Counted from the stretch's first letter, positions 13,939 through 27,533 are shown. The stretch: 64,000 nucleotides of DNA from Rhizophagus irregularis (GCF_026210795.1 NC_089431.1:3410001-3474000); one strand, 5' to 3'. Translations and numbers: made by a program. The notes: generated from the letters alone by a model not told the origin.

Positions 13939-14973
13939 TTATATACTATCCATGATCTCAAAGTCACCAAGTTCAACTCCATCTCGTAATCGACGAACCA
14001 ATTCAGAACGAGCCTTATCTTTCAGTTGCGTTTGAGTTCGGCGCTCAAGAACTTGACCTTCACTTCCATATTTCTTTTTTATATTTGTCCAAGATTTACC
14101 ATATTGACGTATACCTTCTTCAAGTGCATGCAACTCCCGTTCATTCCATTTAACCTTAACACGTTTTGATATTCTTTTAAACTCATTTCCGCGACCAGGA
14201 TTAGGATTATTCGTTACTCTCTTTTTACCACGTTTCCTTTAAATAAATAGAATTTGAGAGTCATATAAAGATATATTTATTAACAAAATAATGATAGAAT
14301 ATGACAAATAATGGCCAACCTAGAACCATCTTCAGGTTGTTCAGTAGATGATTCTTCTGAAGATGTTTGCCTAAGTGATAATAAATATTATTTGATGCTA
14401 AATGTTAATAAAAGGTATTAATATTAAATGTACTATAAGACAGATAGCTTACATATAATCTACCGTTTGTTGTTCTGGTAATTGACTTATTGAAGAACTT
14501 GATGAACGACTCTCTTTTGTTTCTTGTCTAAAAATATATTATGTATTACCAATAAATTAATATCTATGAATAAAAATTTATCGCACGTCAAAATTTGCCG
14601 TTCATACCTTGTTGTTTTTCGACTTAAAAAAAAAGCAAAAAAAGCAGTATTTAATAAGTAAAAAAAAAATAATAAATAAGAGAAACTCGACGAAGTTATT
14701 AAAAAGATTTTTTCTTACCTTAAATCATCGGTAAGTGATTTATCGTTATTCGGTTCTTCAGTTTTTCCCACGCTATTTACAGATAAATCATTTTGATCTT
14801 TACTACTTAGTTCGGTCACTTTCGGATCCATGACCGATTCTAATTTAGGTATTTCTGAATAATATCGTAATATTTAATTTTTGCCAAAAAAAAAATAAAA
14901 AAAATAAAAAATAAAAGAAAATTCAAAAAAAAATAATAAAAGTAAAAAACAGGGAACGTAATGTACCTTGCAT
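13939..14973 (-). CDS. Telobox-type single Myb/SANT protein (TRF/Tbf1/Tay1-like), 6 exons, ~193 aa
   Basis: Exons 14973-14967, 14854-14719, 14622-14608, 14527-14453, 14370-14320, 14236-13939 join in frame (582 nt) with GT-AG sites. C-terminal 'KWNERELHALEEGIRQYGKSWTNIKKKYG...LERRTQTQLKDKAR'. Confidence 0.85.
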
Positions 14974-16187
14974 AAGATTGAAGGATGAATAAATGTATAT
15001 GCAAGTGCCACGTACAACGTAATTGCGTAAATGACCTTTTCTAATTGAGGAAAAATAAAATTGTTATTTATTACCAGAATAGTATTGTGTCTGTTATCCT
15101 TGTTTGCGAAAAGGAACTTTGGCGCATATTAAATTACTAAATGGTCCATCTTAAATGTGATTTTAAAGCAACATTTACGTAATGTTTAATTCGAAAGTAT
15201 TAGGGAGGAAATCCATTAGGAAGAATAATATGTTAAATTAGCTATTTAGGTTTTTTGTATATATATAAAGTTTCGTAGTTTACGTGATTTATATATTCAA
15301 ACTACAATTATTCTTTAAAAACACGTGATTAAATTTTAATTGTCATATTAACCTTTTAAATACCTATTTAACATCAGTAATTCCTGCCAGTTGAATACAT
15401 CACTACTTATTTCGACCGGAAGATTTTAAAATCTTAGTCTACCCTTTCGTTCATAGATTACAGAATTTTATTAACAATCTCTATTTAAAATTCATCATAA
15501 AATAACTTCTGAAATTCTTCAGATTAATTGTGTAAAAAATTGACGGAAGAGTTTAAGATTAGATTCTGGTCTCAATCCTATGACAAATCATGGTGAATCT
15601 ATAAATATCACTCGTTTGAGTATATTCCTTTCCTCTTAAAATTTCGGGAGCTATAAACCTACTTTAATATACGTAAAACGAAAAAAAACATATTCATTTT
15701 TTTGTATTTATTAAAAGTACATAACATTAAACATATCAAATATGTAATTTATTTAATTTGATAGGTTTAATTTATTAGGTATATTATCGCTATTGAATCC
15801 TCTAGGCATTGAATTTATTAGGTCTACTTGATGGTGCCATATATAGGGCTTAAAAATATATATAGTAGTAGGGTACATAGTGCCTAGACATCACCGGGCG
15901 TTTTTACTAATAAAACTGTAAAATACTTTTGTTCGCTCGTTATGCATAACCTTATTTTAATATGGAGAGCGGTTATTCTTATGCTGGCATAATTTGAGAA
16001 ATAACAGACCATCTCCTTTGATAGTAAAACATGATCTTGAAGGTATAAGTGAATCTATAATTATGAGAATATGCGATTTATTCAAGTTAATAAGAAAATT
16101 TGAAGTTGATAATGTGATTAATAACTGATTTAAATTCTTGCATCAATAAAGATCCTATAAATGTATTTTTTTTATATCTGAAGAATT

Positions 16188-16260
16188 AAATAGTACAGTG
16201 GTTAGATTGTGAGATAATTAATAGTATTAGGAGGTGTTTGGTTCGATTCCTAAGGTGAGT
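16188..16260 (+). other. tRNA-like Pol III A/B box remnant (tRNA pseudogene or SINE head)
   Basis: A-box-like 'tagtacagtggtt' at 16191 and B-box 'ggttcgattcc' at ~16239 with tRNA-like spacing. Stems are poorly paired. Confidence 0.35.
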
Positions 16261-16415
16261 AAAAATAAATATAATTTAATTTAATTAAAATAGTCGTATA
16301 TATATATAGTATGTGTTAATATACAGCGTGTTTGACATTAATAATAAACAGAATTCATAAGGAAGTTAATGATATGAAACGTGCGATATAATCATTTAGA
16401 ACACTATTGTGCAAC

Positions 16416-16619
16416 CTATTAGGATCATACCGATTATTTTTGCCAATAAAAATGAGTGAGATAAAATTAGGTTGGGAGAGTAACATATCAGTCACCCCTA
16501 TGGTGACCGATATTTTTACTCCATCCAATAACTTTATTATACAAAATTTGATTCAATTTTTTTTTATTGGGCTAATTTAATTATTTTTTTTTTTTAATAA
16601 TGTTGGAAACTCCTAATAG
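16416..16619. mobile_element. Degenerate foldback MITE (~200 bp)
   Basis: Ends ctattagga...tcctaatag. Central hairpin atatcagtcacc-cctat-ggtgaccgatat, with flanking 'ccaataaaaa'/'tttttattgg' pairing. Confidence 0.55.
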
Positions 16620-18200
16620 ATGTTAGATGGTATTATCTAACCCCTTTTACCAATAATTCTAACATAGGGACAATCGTTCAAATTTTGAACCCTTCAACGA
16701 CCACACGCCAAAACTAAAACCAGGCAAATTAATCTGGCCATACAAAAAAAAAAAAATTTTTCTTACTTTATTAAAATTAAATATTGATACTCGCAGTTGA
16801 AGGATACTCACACATGAATGATCGACGTATTGTTTTCTTTGAATAATCATTTCAAAGAGTAACTTATTTGAATTCCTTTTAAAATTTATACGTATATATT
16901 TCAAAGAATAGGTACATGTATTGTTGTGAAAGTAAAAATTAAATATTTATAATTTCTCTTAATTGATAAGTGCAAGAATTATGTCAAGTTTAATGGCATT
17001 TTCTCACTCTTTGATTCACTAACTCGAATTCAAAAAGATCCCTTCTGGTTAACTTTTATTTTTTTGAACAAATATTTTTATTTACTACTTTTAATAAAAC
17101 TTTTATGTGAAAAATAAGAGACAAGAAATTTTAGGGTCATTTATCGGATCTAGCGATTGGTTTAATTATAGTGACGTTCTTCCATAGTGCGGTAACCGCA
17201 ATATGAGAAAGTAATCTTAATAATCAGGTAAAAAGCCTTGTTTTAGCAATGTTTTATTTTGTGTGAAGTCATCTTTATTTTTTTAGCATGTCAAAAAATT
17301 TATACTAGGAGAAATGTTAAGAATATGTGAATCTTATACTGAGCAACAAATCACCGTTGGTGCCTGTAACTGCAGCATTTGACAAATACAAAAAAATCTC
17401 TAAAAAATCTCTAATCATTTCTGGTTATTTTTCCTAATTGTGATCATCTATAGAATTTTTTGAGATTCTTAACATTCCAGTTAGACTGAAGTTATATATT
17501 ATTCTGCAAAAAGATATATAGAATTAGGCGGCGGTGGTGGCAAATATTTTGATATCCCAATTCTGTTATGTATATTCTCCATTCAACATGTGACTTGGAC
17601 GTATCTTTCAATTATGTATTGATTATGTGCGATAAGATTTTACAGTGGGGTTATTGGGTTTTAGTGCGATTTCGTTAGGCTTCCGTCATTGTCTAAACTT
17701 TTAAAATAAAAAATAAGATTTTACGGTGCATGTAAATATGTAATACAATATCAAAAGCCTTTATTTAAAAAATTATTTAATAACAAGCCAAAATTAATGT
17801 GGCAGAGAAATTAATAAAAAAAAGATAAAATAAAATTAAATATTATTTAATCACTTACTTTCGTAAAAGGCTGAAACTACCTTGGAAGAGACGTTGTCAT
17901 GTATTCCACCACCAATAACATATTCTCCGAAATGCACTATAGGCCGATGGTAAGACATGGTTGATTTGGTCTACAACAGTACAACTACGACTATGATATT
18001 AACTACAAAATTATACCAATTTATTTTGCCAACTATAGTAATTTAATATTGCCGGCCAGAATTAACAAATTAACGATTATAATTCTTGATTTCCCGATTC
18101 AGAAAACAAATATTTAAGGTTTACCAATCACAAGATTAGCCCTTTTGGGTTTATTTTTTTTTTCACAAAAAGAGAAAAAGATAAAAAAAAATCAATTATA

Positions 18201-19692
18201 ATGAGCGATAATAAATTTTTATCAGAATTATCCCAAAATTTACTTGAAATTTTGAACGATGAAGAATATTATGATATTACAATTGAAGTTGGTAGTGATC
18301 CTAACGTGAGAATCTTTCGAGCTCATATGGTTATTTTAAACTATCGTTCTTCTTATTTACGAAGAATTTTATCAACAAATAAAAAGAAAAATGATGGAGC
18401 TCTAGTACATATTAAATTACCAAATATATCACCTGAAATTTTTCAAGCAATAATAAGGTTAGAAATTATTAAATTATTATTATTTTAATAAATTTGATTA
18501 TTAAATTTTTTTATTTAGATATATTTATGGAGGAAAATTTCTTTTTGGAGAATATGATACTTCAGATATTATTAAAATCTTAGTTGCTGCCAATGAGCTT
18601 AATCTTCAAGAATTAGTTAAATATTTACAAACCTCTTTGATTGAAAATAATTCGGACTGGATAGAGAAAAATTTTAATTTTATCTATCAAACGAGCTTTG
18701 AAAATAATGAAAATAATTCTTTCTTGGAACTTCAAAATTATTGTACCGATTTAATATCCAAAGAGCCAGACAAAATTTTCAAATCATTAAATTTCTCATC
18801 AATTTCAGAAAAAATTTTGATTTCTCTTATTCAAAGTGATAATCTTCAAATGAATGAAATTCAAGTTTGGGAAAATGTTCTTAAATGGGGACACGCTCAA
18901 AACCCTGAATCTTCTGATCCTACAAGATTGTCAAAAGATTATTTCAGTGTATTAAAGAATACTTTACAACATTGCATTCCTTTTATTAGATTCTACAATT
19001 TGACTTCAAAAGAAATTTTAGATTCGGTAATACCTTATAGGGAAATTCTGCCTGAGGAATTATATGTGGATTTGTTTAGAACTTTTTTAAGTTTACATCC
19101 TGATAGCATGTCAATCGCTAAATCAAAACCTCGTAAATTAAAAAATGTCGATTCAAATATAATTACATTTAAACACGCCGAAATAATCTCGAAATGGATT
19201 GACAAGTTAAGTACTACAGATAAGTTGACATCTTCATATAAATTCGAATTAATACTCCGTGGTTCTCGTGATGGGTTTTCACCTGGTAAATTCCATGAGA
19301 TCTGTGATAATCAATCTTGCACTGTATCAGTCATTAAAGTGAAGAATAGTAACGAAATTCTTGGAGGCTATAATCCAATTGAATGGAAGCATGACGAACG
19401 TGTTTATGGCACTACTAATGATAGTTTTATATTCTCTTTTGAGAGTGTTGATAGCGTTGAAAATCATATTTTAAGTCGTGTGAAGAATGAACAATATGCT
19501 ATATTTAATGTACGTAATTGCGGTCCATTATTTGGTAATCAAGGTGGTGATCTTACTATATGGGGTGATAATTTTTATGAAAGGAGTTATTGTAGAAAAC
19601 GCTCTTATAAAAAACGAATAAGAAAAACTGAAGATGCGTTTTCTGTAGAGGAATATGAAGTTTTTCAAATTATTAAAGAAATGGACGGTTAA
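18201..19692 (+). CDS. BTB/POZ-BACK-TLDc domain protein, 2 exons, ~476 aa
   Basis: Exons 18201-18457 and 18519-19692 in frame. 'YDITIEVG..IFRAHMVILNYRS', 'EIQVWENVLKWG', 'LILRGSRDGF..FHEICD', 'ILGGYNP', 'VEEYEVFQI'. Confidence 0.93.
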
Positions 19693-20214
19693 CATTCTTT
19701 TAAGAATTTGTCCAAAATTTATCAGATTTCATGGAGTTATTTATTTGTTTTTTTCCTGTATCATTAAAATTGTAATCAAAACAAAAATTAGAAAAATAAA
19801 AAATATGTCATGACATCTTTTACATCCATGGAGCATCAATATCAAATCTTTGGTTGATTTTCAATTTAACTTATTTAACCTATGTCAATCAGTGAAACTG
19901 AACAAAGCTGCTAAGACGAAAATAGACAAGTGGTCAGTTTGTTTCGATTTTACCTATGTCATACCTTTATGTTGAACGTCTATCATTTTATATTTGTCTA
20001 AATTAACAAGCGCTGATCACCTACATAATTTTCAGAAAATGAGCGTTTGACATGATTGATAACACTGTTTATACTCTAATATTCAAAATAATAATCACGC
20101 CAATCACTTTTGCCAAGAAAAATCTTTTATTAATACACGCAAAGATAAATACAAAGTTCGGGACATAACCCGTGATACATGATGGAGTTTCTATACCAAT
20201 GATTAATCCTATCG

Positions 20215-21065
20215 TACAGTCTAACTAACCACCTGACATTTCCGGCTCAAAAAGCTTTCTCTTCTTTTTTGTGTTCGCCCGACTTGCTATCCCGAAGTCA
20301 ATCAGTTATCGTTAATTAGGATGTTTTCCTCCCGAATGTCATTGTGGAGGATGCCATGCTTGTGGATTGCTTCTAACCCCTTAATAGCCCTTGTCTTTTG
20401 CCGTTTCGTTATTTTATGCTCGTTTAACATAGTACCGACAATGGTCATGCCGATAACGAAACTCATACCTCCTCCGTAATATCTATAACAGATCAACTTT
20501 GGGTGTACTTGCCTTGAATATCAGCGAGGTCTTTATAAAGCAATCGTATCGCCACGAAACTCGCATAGGAGTGTTTTACCACTTCGCCCTTCATGTCCTT
20601 AAACTTGAAGTCCGTAAAACCATAATTTTGTTGATTTACGGGAATGTTAGAAGACGATTGTTGATTTGAAGTCTGTTGATTTGAGGAGCTGGAAGACGAT
20701 TTCGAATGTGATCGAAAAGTACGTGAATTATTGTCCCCGTGAACTGACACTATCTAGTACTTGAGGATGAGGAGACTTGGGATTCTCTTTCGCTTGTCGA
20801 GTTAGGTAAGCATATAAGTACTGGTGGAGATTTGGATTGCAGTGGAAGGGTTTTTGAGATCCAGAGCCGTGTGCTCTCGGCGCAGAAACCAGTGATTATC
20901 GTAAGTGGTAAGAATACCATATCTTTGTTGAATCACCATTCTAGCCTTTTCACTCGCTTGATAAAAATCGGGAAAAGTCTGTTCTTTGATATCTTCCAAA
21001 ACATGCTTTCTCTTAGCTTCAACCACCAAAATCAATGATTTTACGAGATAGTGTGTTGAAAACAT
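20215..21065 (-). pseudogene. Protein-kinase-like gene remnant with N-terminal nuclease-like (PD-(D/E)xK) segment
   Basis: 'LILVVEAKR', 'RYGILTTYDNHWFLRRE', 'LEAIHKHGILHNDIREENILIND' and a following 'IDFG'-like segment, across shifting frames. Confidence 0.7.
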
Positions 21066-21650
21066 TGATAATTAAGTCGCAAATGTCTTTCTGTTGATGT
21101 AGGATAAAACACAAATTTGGATTTAATAAGTATTTAAATTCTTTTAGGAAACAAGATTATCTACACTTGCCTATGGATTAGCCCATAAAGCTGAAAAGCC
21201 AACGGAAATGATTGTAGATTTTTTATTTTTATCAGATGCAGTTAACGGGCGCCAATGGTGACTTGTTAGCTCACATATTGTCAACATATCACCTTGTATA
21301 AATTTTTTGACATGGTAACATGCTAAAAAAATAACGATGATAACAATTAATATGCTAAATTATTTATTTAGTCACTTCATACAAAATAAAACTTTGCTAA
21401 AACAAGGATTTTTACCTGGTTATTAAAAAGTAAATAATGAATATGTCGTCTTTTTTTTTTGACTTCTTTTTTACATCAGGTAAACCTTTTTTTTAATTTT
21501 ATTTATGTTTTATGTCGTGAAATTTCTATTTTTGTCTTCTTTTTTTAGGTCTTCTTTTTAAGAAGCGAAGGAAGAAACCGTGGCTGTTGCGTTCAGTTAT
21601 AGATTATTTTGGTGAACTAGAAAGAAAATAATCAACAACTAAAAAAAAAC

Positions 21651-21832
21651 ATTATGAGTCCGGAGCGTGACGAGCATAACGAGCATAATCGTTTGTTTTG
21701 ACGATTTTGATGCCAATTTATCCAATCAGAAATAATGCGACAGTGACGCGCATAACAAATGGAATCCTCACGTGATTTGTCAATTTTTAGTACATAAAGT
21801 ATAATGTTCTTCACTTCGCTCTGGACAATAAT
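21651..21832. mobile_element. Possible short MITE
   Basis: Imperfect terminal inversion 'attatgagtccggagcg' / 'cgctctggacaataat'. A similar 'cacgtga...cgctccggacaatt' end occurs at ~28880-28935. Confidence 0.35.
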
Positions 21833-24800
21833 TTTACCTACAGATTTGCCAATATCAGATCATGTTATAATATAAAATCTAATTTATCTAAATATAAAAC
21901 AAAAAAATATATTGTTATATTGATTTAATCCTGTTGCAACGCAACAGGCTACAGCTAATGTCACCCTAAAAGGAAATCAATTTTTCAAAATTTACGATTC
22001 TCAAAAATTTTCTTGTATAGTGACACCTTGGTAGTACACAACATACATTTGCCAAATCTCATGGTATGAGCTACACACTAATATTTGAAATCTTTGGTGT
22101 TTTTCCTCCATGCTTTTTTTCTTCTCTCGAATTCCTATTTTCTTTAAGGGATGAATCAGATGATGGACTAGAACTTCCAGATGAAGAGTTGGTACCAGAG
22201 GTACCGCTTTCATGTGATCTGTTTGAGGCCTGCATAATGTTGAATCATCTCATTTTGGAGAGCTTCTGGAAATCTCAACAAATAATTATGGTTGGATCAA
22301 TTCTTCAGCCAGGACCAGATTCTTTAAAATAGGGTACGTTCTAAAAATATAAATGTAAAAAAAAGATTTCTTTTTAATGCATAAATTTCATACCATAATA
22401 TTACAGTTGATGGAATGATGGATTTTGTTACGAAAACATTATTACAAGATTTTTCATGTTTAAGGGTCTTTCACCTATATCTACGAAAAAACGTTTTAGA
22501 ACGTTAAAAAAGCATCTCAATCTTTTAAAATCGGTCTGTGCTGTAACTACAATAAAGTAGAGGAGCTTGTATCACTTTGGGACTAAATAGCAATTTGCAT
22601 GGATCCCGGAAAAGTCCAATGTTGGTAAAATGATGATTTAAAAATAAAAATGATATATTCTTGAAACTTTTCATAATCATGTGTCATGACAAAATTCTTA
22701 ATTCTTGTAATAATTCTAATTCAACCAAAATTTAGATAACAAACTCGCGAATCGCAAGGCCTCCAAATTAAGAAATCTGGTTCTACTTCTACACCACTCA
22801 TCAATCAACATGGTTTAATCAGAAAATACCAAAATTTGAAATATTAACAACTAAGAAAAAATGCTGTCGCTATTTCTAGTGTAATGGTGATGATGTGGAA
22901 ATTGATATTATACCATCTCTCCTAGGCATCAGATAGCAAAGTACAGAATGCGAATGATGATAATGATGATGGAGTGTTTAAGTTTAAGATAGCTTGGTAG
23001 TGATCAAGGATTATAAAAACCTCTAGTGGTGTGCAACTAAAATGCTCAGATCAAAAAAACGAATTTGATGATGATGATGAAAGGGTAATCAACTGAAGTT
23101 CAAGATGAATCAACAGTGCGTGATCAGTACTCCTCTTACAAAAATTGAAAAGATATTCAATAAAGCTAGTACAATGTTTCCAGAATCAAAAAAAATACTT
23201 CAAGGTGAAGAAATGTGCAAACTTGTTTTTACTGGCAATTTACTATCTATGACGTGAAGAAGCTTAAGATTTTGACAACATCACGAGGGTTGTGCCTAGC
23301 TTTTTGTTGTAGTCGGATAGATTCAGGACCGGACTCTATGCTTTTAGAATTTATTTATAGATAAATCTCAAAAATTCCTATTACGAAATTTTGTTGCAGT
23401 TGCTCACCTAAACGCTGAAACCGCCATACAATTATGAATAAAATATATCATCAAAATCTTGTGAAAGATAGTAAAGGAGATCAAGTTGACCAATATTAAT
23501 TTCAAGTTGCAAGAATGAAATTCTAAAGCAGCAAAAGAAGTTCAAAGTCACATTCGAATTCCACATCACCATTCATTATTGAAAGTGATTACAACTAAGT
23601 CTAGTAAGCCCATTATAACTGTTGATATAAATGATTATATTGAGTTCTTGATGACAATGATGTATCATTTTTAATGAAAGATTGTCTCATTATTCAACCT
23701 TTCGTAGGTAGAAGAAGTGACGTTGTGAAAGTTGGCAGCCACAAATTGGTGATTTGTTAGCAATTTTATTTTTCAATTAAAACTTTTTTTTTTTTGCACA
23801 AAGCTAATCAAATTGTAAACAATTATGTACTGTAGCAGCAAATTTATGGTATAATCCAAATGAATCTTCAAATGATTTAGTGAAAAGTCCAACAGAAATA
23901 AGATTCAGATCAGAACAATTATTGGTTTACAAATAATTATTTCATCAAATTGGTAAGACAACTATCAACTTTGTCATCAACCGCTTTTTGAATGAGAAGA
24001 TCAAGTCAAAATGATGAAATTAGCTGACCTAATGATACTTATGTAAGTGAAATAATTACCGGAATGATCAGAAGTAATATTCGTCTTTCTTAAAGATATA
24101 CATTTATTATGATCTTCTATCAATATCTAGTAGATTTATGTAAGCATTTATCAAGTACTTGCAGCTCCTATTTCAAATCTCTCAGCAATTAACACGGAAC
24201 TTATCTCACAAATGTAATATTGCATTGAAAGTTTACATGGACACTCTTGTTTGACATTTGATACACGCGCACTTGGAAGGATTTTTGGGTATTATCATTT
24301 GTCGCTTATTATAGCTTTGGTATATGTGCATTTTTTTTAAAAAACAGGATTCATGGTAAATTATGATATTTTATTGTTTTAGATCTTTAAATGTTTAAAT
24401 AATTTAATCAATTTTTATCTCTGTATTTTAACTTAAATTCTCACATTTTAAATAGAAAAAAATAATGGACTTAAGAGTTGAATTTTTGTCTTCTTTAACA
24501 TTAGATATTTTTGCTACAGGATCATTTTTAAGAAATTAAGGCTGTAAAGCAGGCCTTCTTAAATCACTACTGGTTAAACTAAAGGAGTTGTCTATCAGGT
24601 AATAATATTATTCTTTTATGTGATTTTTTCTTATATCCATGTTTTTCTTTCAGAATCTGAATTAATTAATAATTGATTTTTTCATCAAATTGCACTTTGG
24701 TGGTGGTAGCGGTGGACCTCCCATGGCTCCCGGTGGTGGTAACGCCACAATATTTGAGGAAGATGGAAGCGGAAATGGAAGTGGAGAGGTGGAGGTGGAG

Positions 24801-25100
24801 GAATTTAGATTTGAAGATATTTAATTTAACGATTTTTTAGAAAATCGTTGAGAAATTCTCCGAAGAAATTCTTATTAAAAATTTATTTCCAACTAGATAG
24901 TTTTAGATTTTTAACATTTCCGGTTAGAAACTTCTACAAAGAATTAACGGTTGTAATTTTAGGATCTTTATGAAAGAATTCATTAGTTAAATTTTGTCTA
25001 CAATTTTATTATTTGGAGTATATATATAGTGAATAATTTTCTTGAACTATTAGGAAAAAATTGATATATTATAACAATCCGACGAAACTATATACATAAA

Positions 25101-25640
25101 TTGTCAGCAAGCGAGTTTTTATATAAGATATGTGATAAATGTAAGAAAGTAAGAAGAATTTTAAAGGGTGTCAAGATTTGCCATTGTTGTCACATAATAA
25201 AGAGGTTATTTAAATCAAGCGGAAATAAATTATTGACAACTTTATCAAGTAAGTTAATTATGTTACAGAATATGGAAAATTGGAATTGGTTTCTTATGAT
25301 CAATTCAAAAATATAAAATTTATAAAGCTATTTGGGTTGATGGACCGATCAATAATTGGAATATGATTCGTTATGGTATTTATAATATTGTTCGGGAGAA
25401 TAATTATATAGTTGTTCTTAAAAAACTTAAAGGTAACATCCATGGAACTGAATGAGGTACAGGATATGCGATATTTTAATCTTTGTTCAAATGGAAATGT
25501 AGATATATATAACACTAGTAAATATTTTGGAATAACTATAGATCCCTTTACCAAAGATATTATTATTGTTATGAATTATTACAATTCAGGTAATTTGATA
25601 CATTATTTAAGTAATAATTTTTATAATATTAGTAGTAACT
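25101..25640 (+). pseudogene. Truncated TKL kinase pseudogene
   Basis: CxxC pairs, 'SSGNK', 'YFGITIDPFTKDIIIVMNYYNSGNLIHYL'. Frameshifted and lacks the catalytic lobe. Confidence 0.75.
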
Positions 25641-25856
25641 TGAAAGATAACTCTATAAAAAATGTTTGTCCGATAAATATTCGGAATGGGGTCAATTTTC
25701 CGGACACTTGCACGCTATTATACAATATTTGTTACAATTTAATACAAGATGCGGAGATTGAGAATTTTTAACCATATAAAAAACGTACAATATCATGATG
25801 AAAAAACAAAAATATTTCAGTAATCTTAGTATAACCAGTTTATTACACCTTATTTA

Positions 25857-27533
25857 TTAATATTGTAAATAATTATTAATTATATAACTATAATGATAGA
25901 TACATAAATCATCGTATTTTTGAACTATAATATTATATAATTTAAATTCATTTACTTCTTCTTTAAAAAAAAATAATTCGTCTTCATCATTATCTGATTC
26001 TAAAATAGCCAAATATTTAACCCTTTCCTTCTTCAAAATATATTTTTTTATATAAAATAAAATATTAATATTATTAATATTTTCATCTTCATTCACCACT
26101 ATATTTCTAATTAATAATTTCTTAATAAAAGTATTTTGTGAATTTTTTAAAAATATTTCCAGATCACTATTATTAAATAAAAGAGTCAAACATAAATATT
26201 CTAATTTAGAAGGAAGAATCTGTCCTAAATTTTTTAATACAGTTGAACTAAATTCATTATAAACAGTATCATAATCATAAAAATTCACTTCAATAGTAAG
26301 ATAATTAATATTATGTTGATTATTTTTAATGATTAAGTAAATATTATTATCATCAAATACATTAGAATCAAAATATCTAATATTTTTACAATTTTTCATA
26401 ATAATTTCAAATAATTGTCGTTTTGATCTTGGTTCATAATAATCGTCTATTATATCAACAAATTCCAATCCAAAATTTTCTAAATAATTACCAAATTTCT
26501 GTAAAAGTAATAATAATGATTCAATACATAATATATGTGTTATTTCAAAGTTCATAATCAAAGTTCTCAATTTAAAAGGTTTAGTAACCTTAATAATTTG
26601 TTGAACAAAATCAGAATTTAAATAATTACAATAAATAAGATGAATAGATTCTAAAACATTTAAATGATCAAAAACCTCATATAAAATATTAATTATAGTT
26701 TTAAAATTAGTGGAATAAAATATAATTGTATTTAAAGTATTTGAACAATTAGAATTTTTTAATGATAAAAATGGATTATATAAATTTAAATTACTAAAAA
26801 TTCTAAATAAAATTTTTTTGAGATTATGTTGTGAAATAATTATTTGTGTTAAACATTTTTCAATTAATGAATAATTATTGATACTAAAATAAACGTTAAA
26901 ATCAAAAATAATCGATGAAATTGAATTGCAATTAGAATATAAAAATTTCAAAAGTGGAATAATATTTTGAAATTGAATGGCACAACCATTTAAATTTAAA
27001 TTTCTGATATTGCATATAAGATTTGGATTTTGTAAAATCAAATCCATATAATCATAATTATTACTCATTTTAAATTTAAAAGAATATATATTTCCTTCAT
27101 TTCCAATAAACACTTCAAATAATGACCTATAAATTATATAAATTAACTTATCATTATATTTATCTACTAAAGTATTAACCCAATATTTAATAGAATAAAA
27201 TATTTTATCTGTATCCAAGTATTTAATAAAACTAGGATAATTGAATAATGTATTATTCGAAGGTACTAATAAATTATCATTAATTCCATATTCATCAAAT
27301 TTTGCTTTACTATCTTCATTTAAAAAGCATAAATAAATTTCAATAAAACGATAATTTTTAGGGGATTCTATTGAAAATGGATCTTCCCATAATAATGGAA
27401 TTGTTACCCGACACCATAATCTATTAACAAGTATACACGAATGTAATGTTTTATAATCATTTATATGAAAATATTGTATGATTTTATTTATTAACTCAGG
27501 TAAATCTCCTAAAAATATTTTCGAGCATGCCAT
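25857..27533 (-). CDS. F-box-like/RNI-like LRR protein ('MACSKIF.GDLPEL' family), 558 aa, intronless
   Basis: Long intact ORF with F-box-like 'LPELINKIIQYF..DYKTLHSCILVNRLWCR..IPLLWEDPF', 'LFNYPSF' and leucine-rich repeats. Confidence 0.9.
   Translation of the reverse strand: MACSKIFLGDLPELINKIIQYFHINDYKTLHSCILVNRLWCRVTIPLLWEDPFSIESPKNYRFIEIYLCFLNEDSKAKFDEYGINDNLLVPSNNTLFNYPSFIKYLDTDKIFYSIKYWVNTLVDKYNDKLIYIIYRSLFEVFIGNEGNIYSFKFKMSNNYDYMDLILQNPNLICNIRNLNLNGCAIQFQNIIPLLKFLYSNCNSISSIIFDFNVYFSINNYSLIEKCLTQIIISQHNLKKILFRIFSNLNLYNPFLSLKNSNCSNTLNTIIFYSTNFKTIINILYEVFDHLNVLESIHLIYCNYLNSDFVQQIIKVTKPFKLRTLIMNFEITHILCIESLLLLLQKFGNYLENFGLEFVDIIDDYYEPRSKRQLFEIIMKNCKNIRYFDSNVFDDNNIYLIIKNNQHNINYLTIEVNFYDYDTVYNEFSSTVLKNLGQILPSKLEYLCLTLLFNNSDLEIFLKNSQNTFIKKLLIRNIVVNEDENINNINILFYIKKYILKKERVKYLAILESDNDEDELFFFKEEVNEFKLYNIIVQKYDDLCIYHYSYIINNYLQY

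Noticed and set aside
21990..24830. Coding-like fragments (Ser-rich, Asp-rich, Gly/Pro-rich)
   Set aside because: Multiple stops in all frames and no assignable family. Probably old pseudogene debris.
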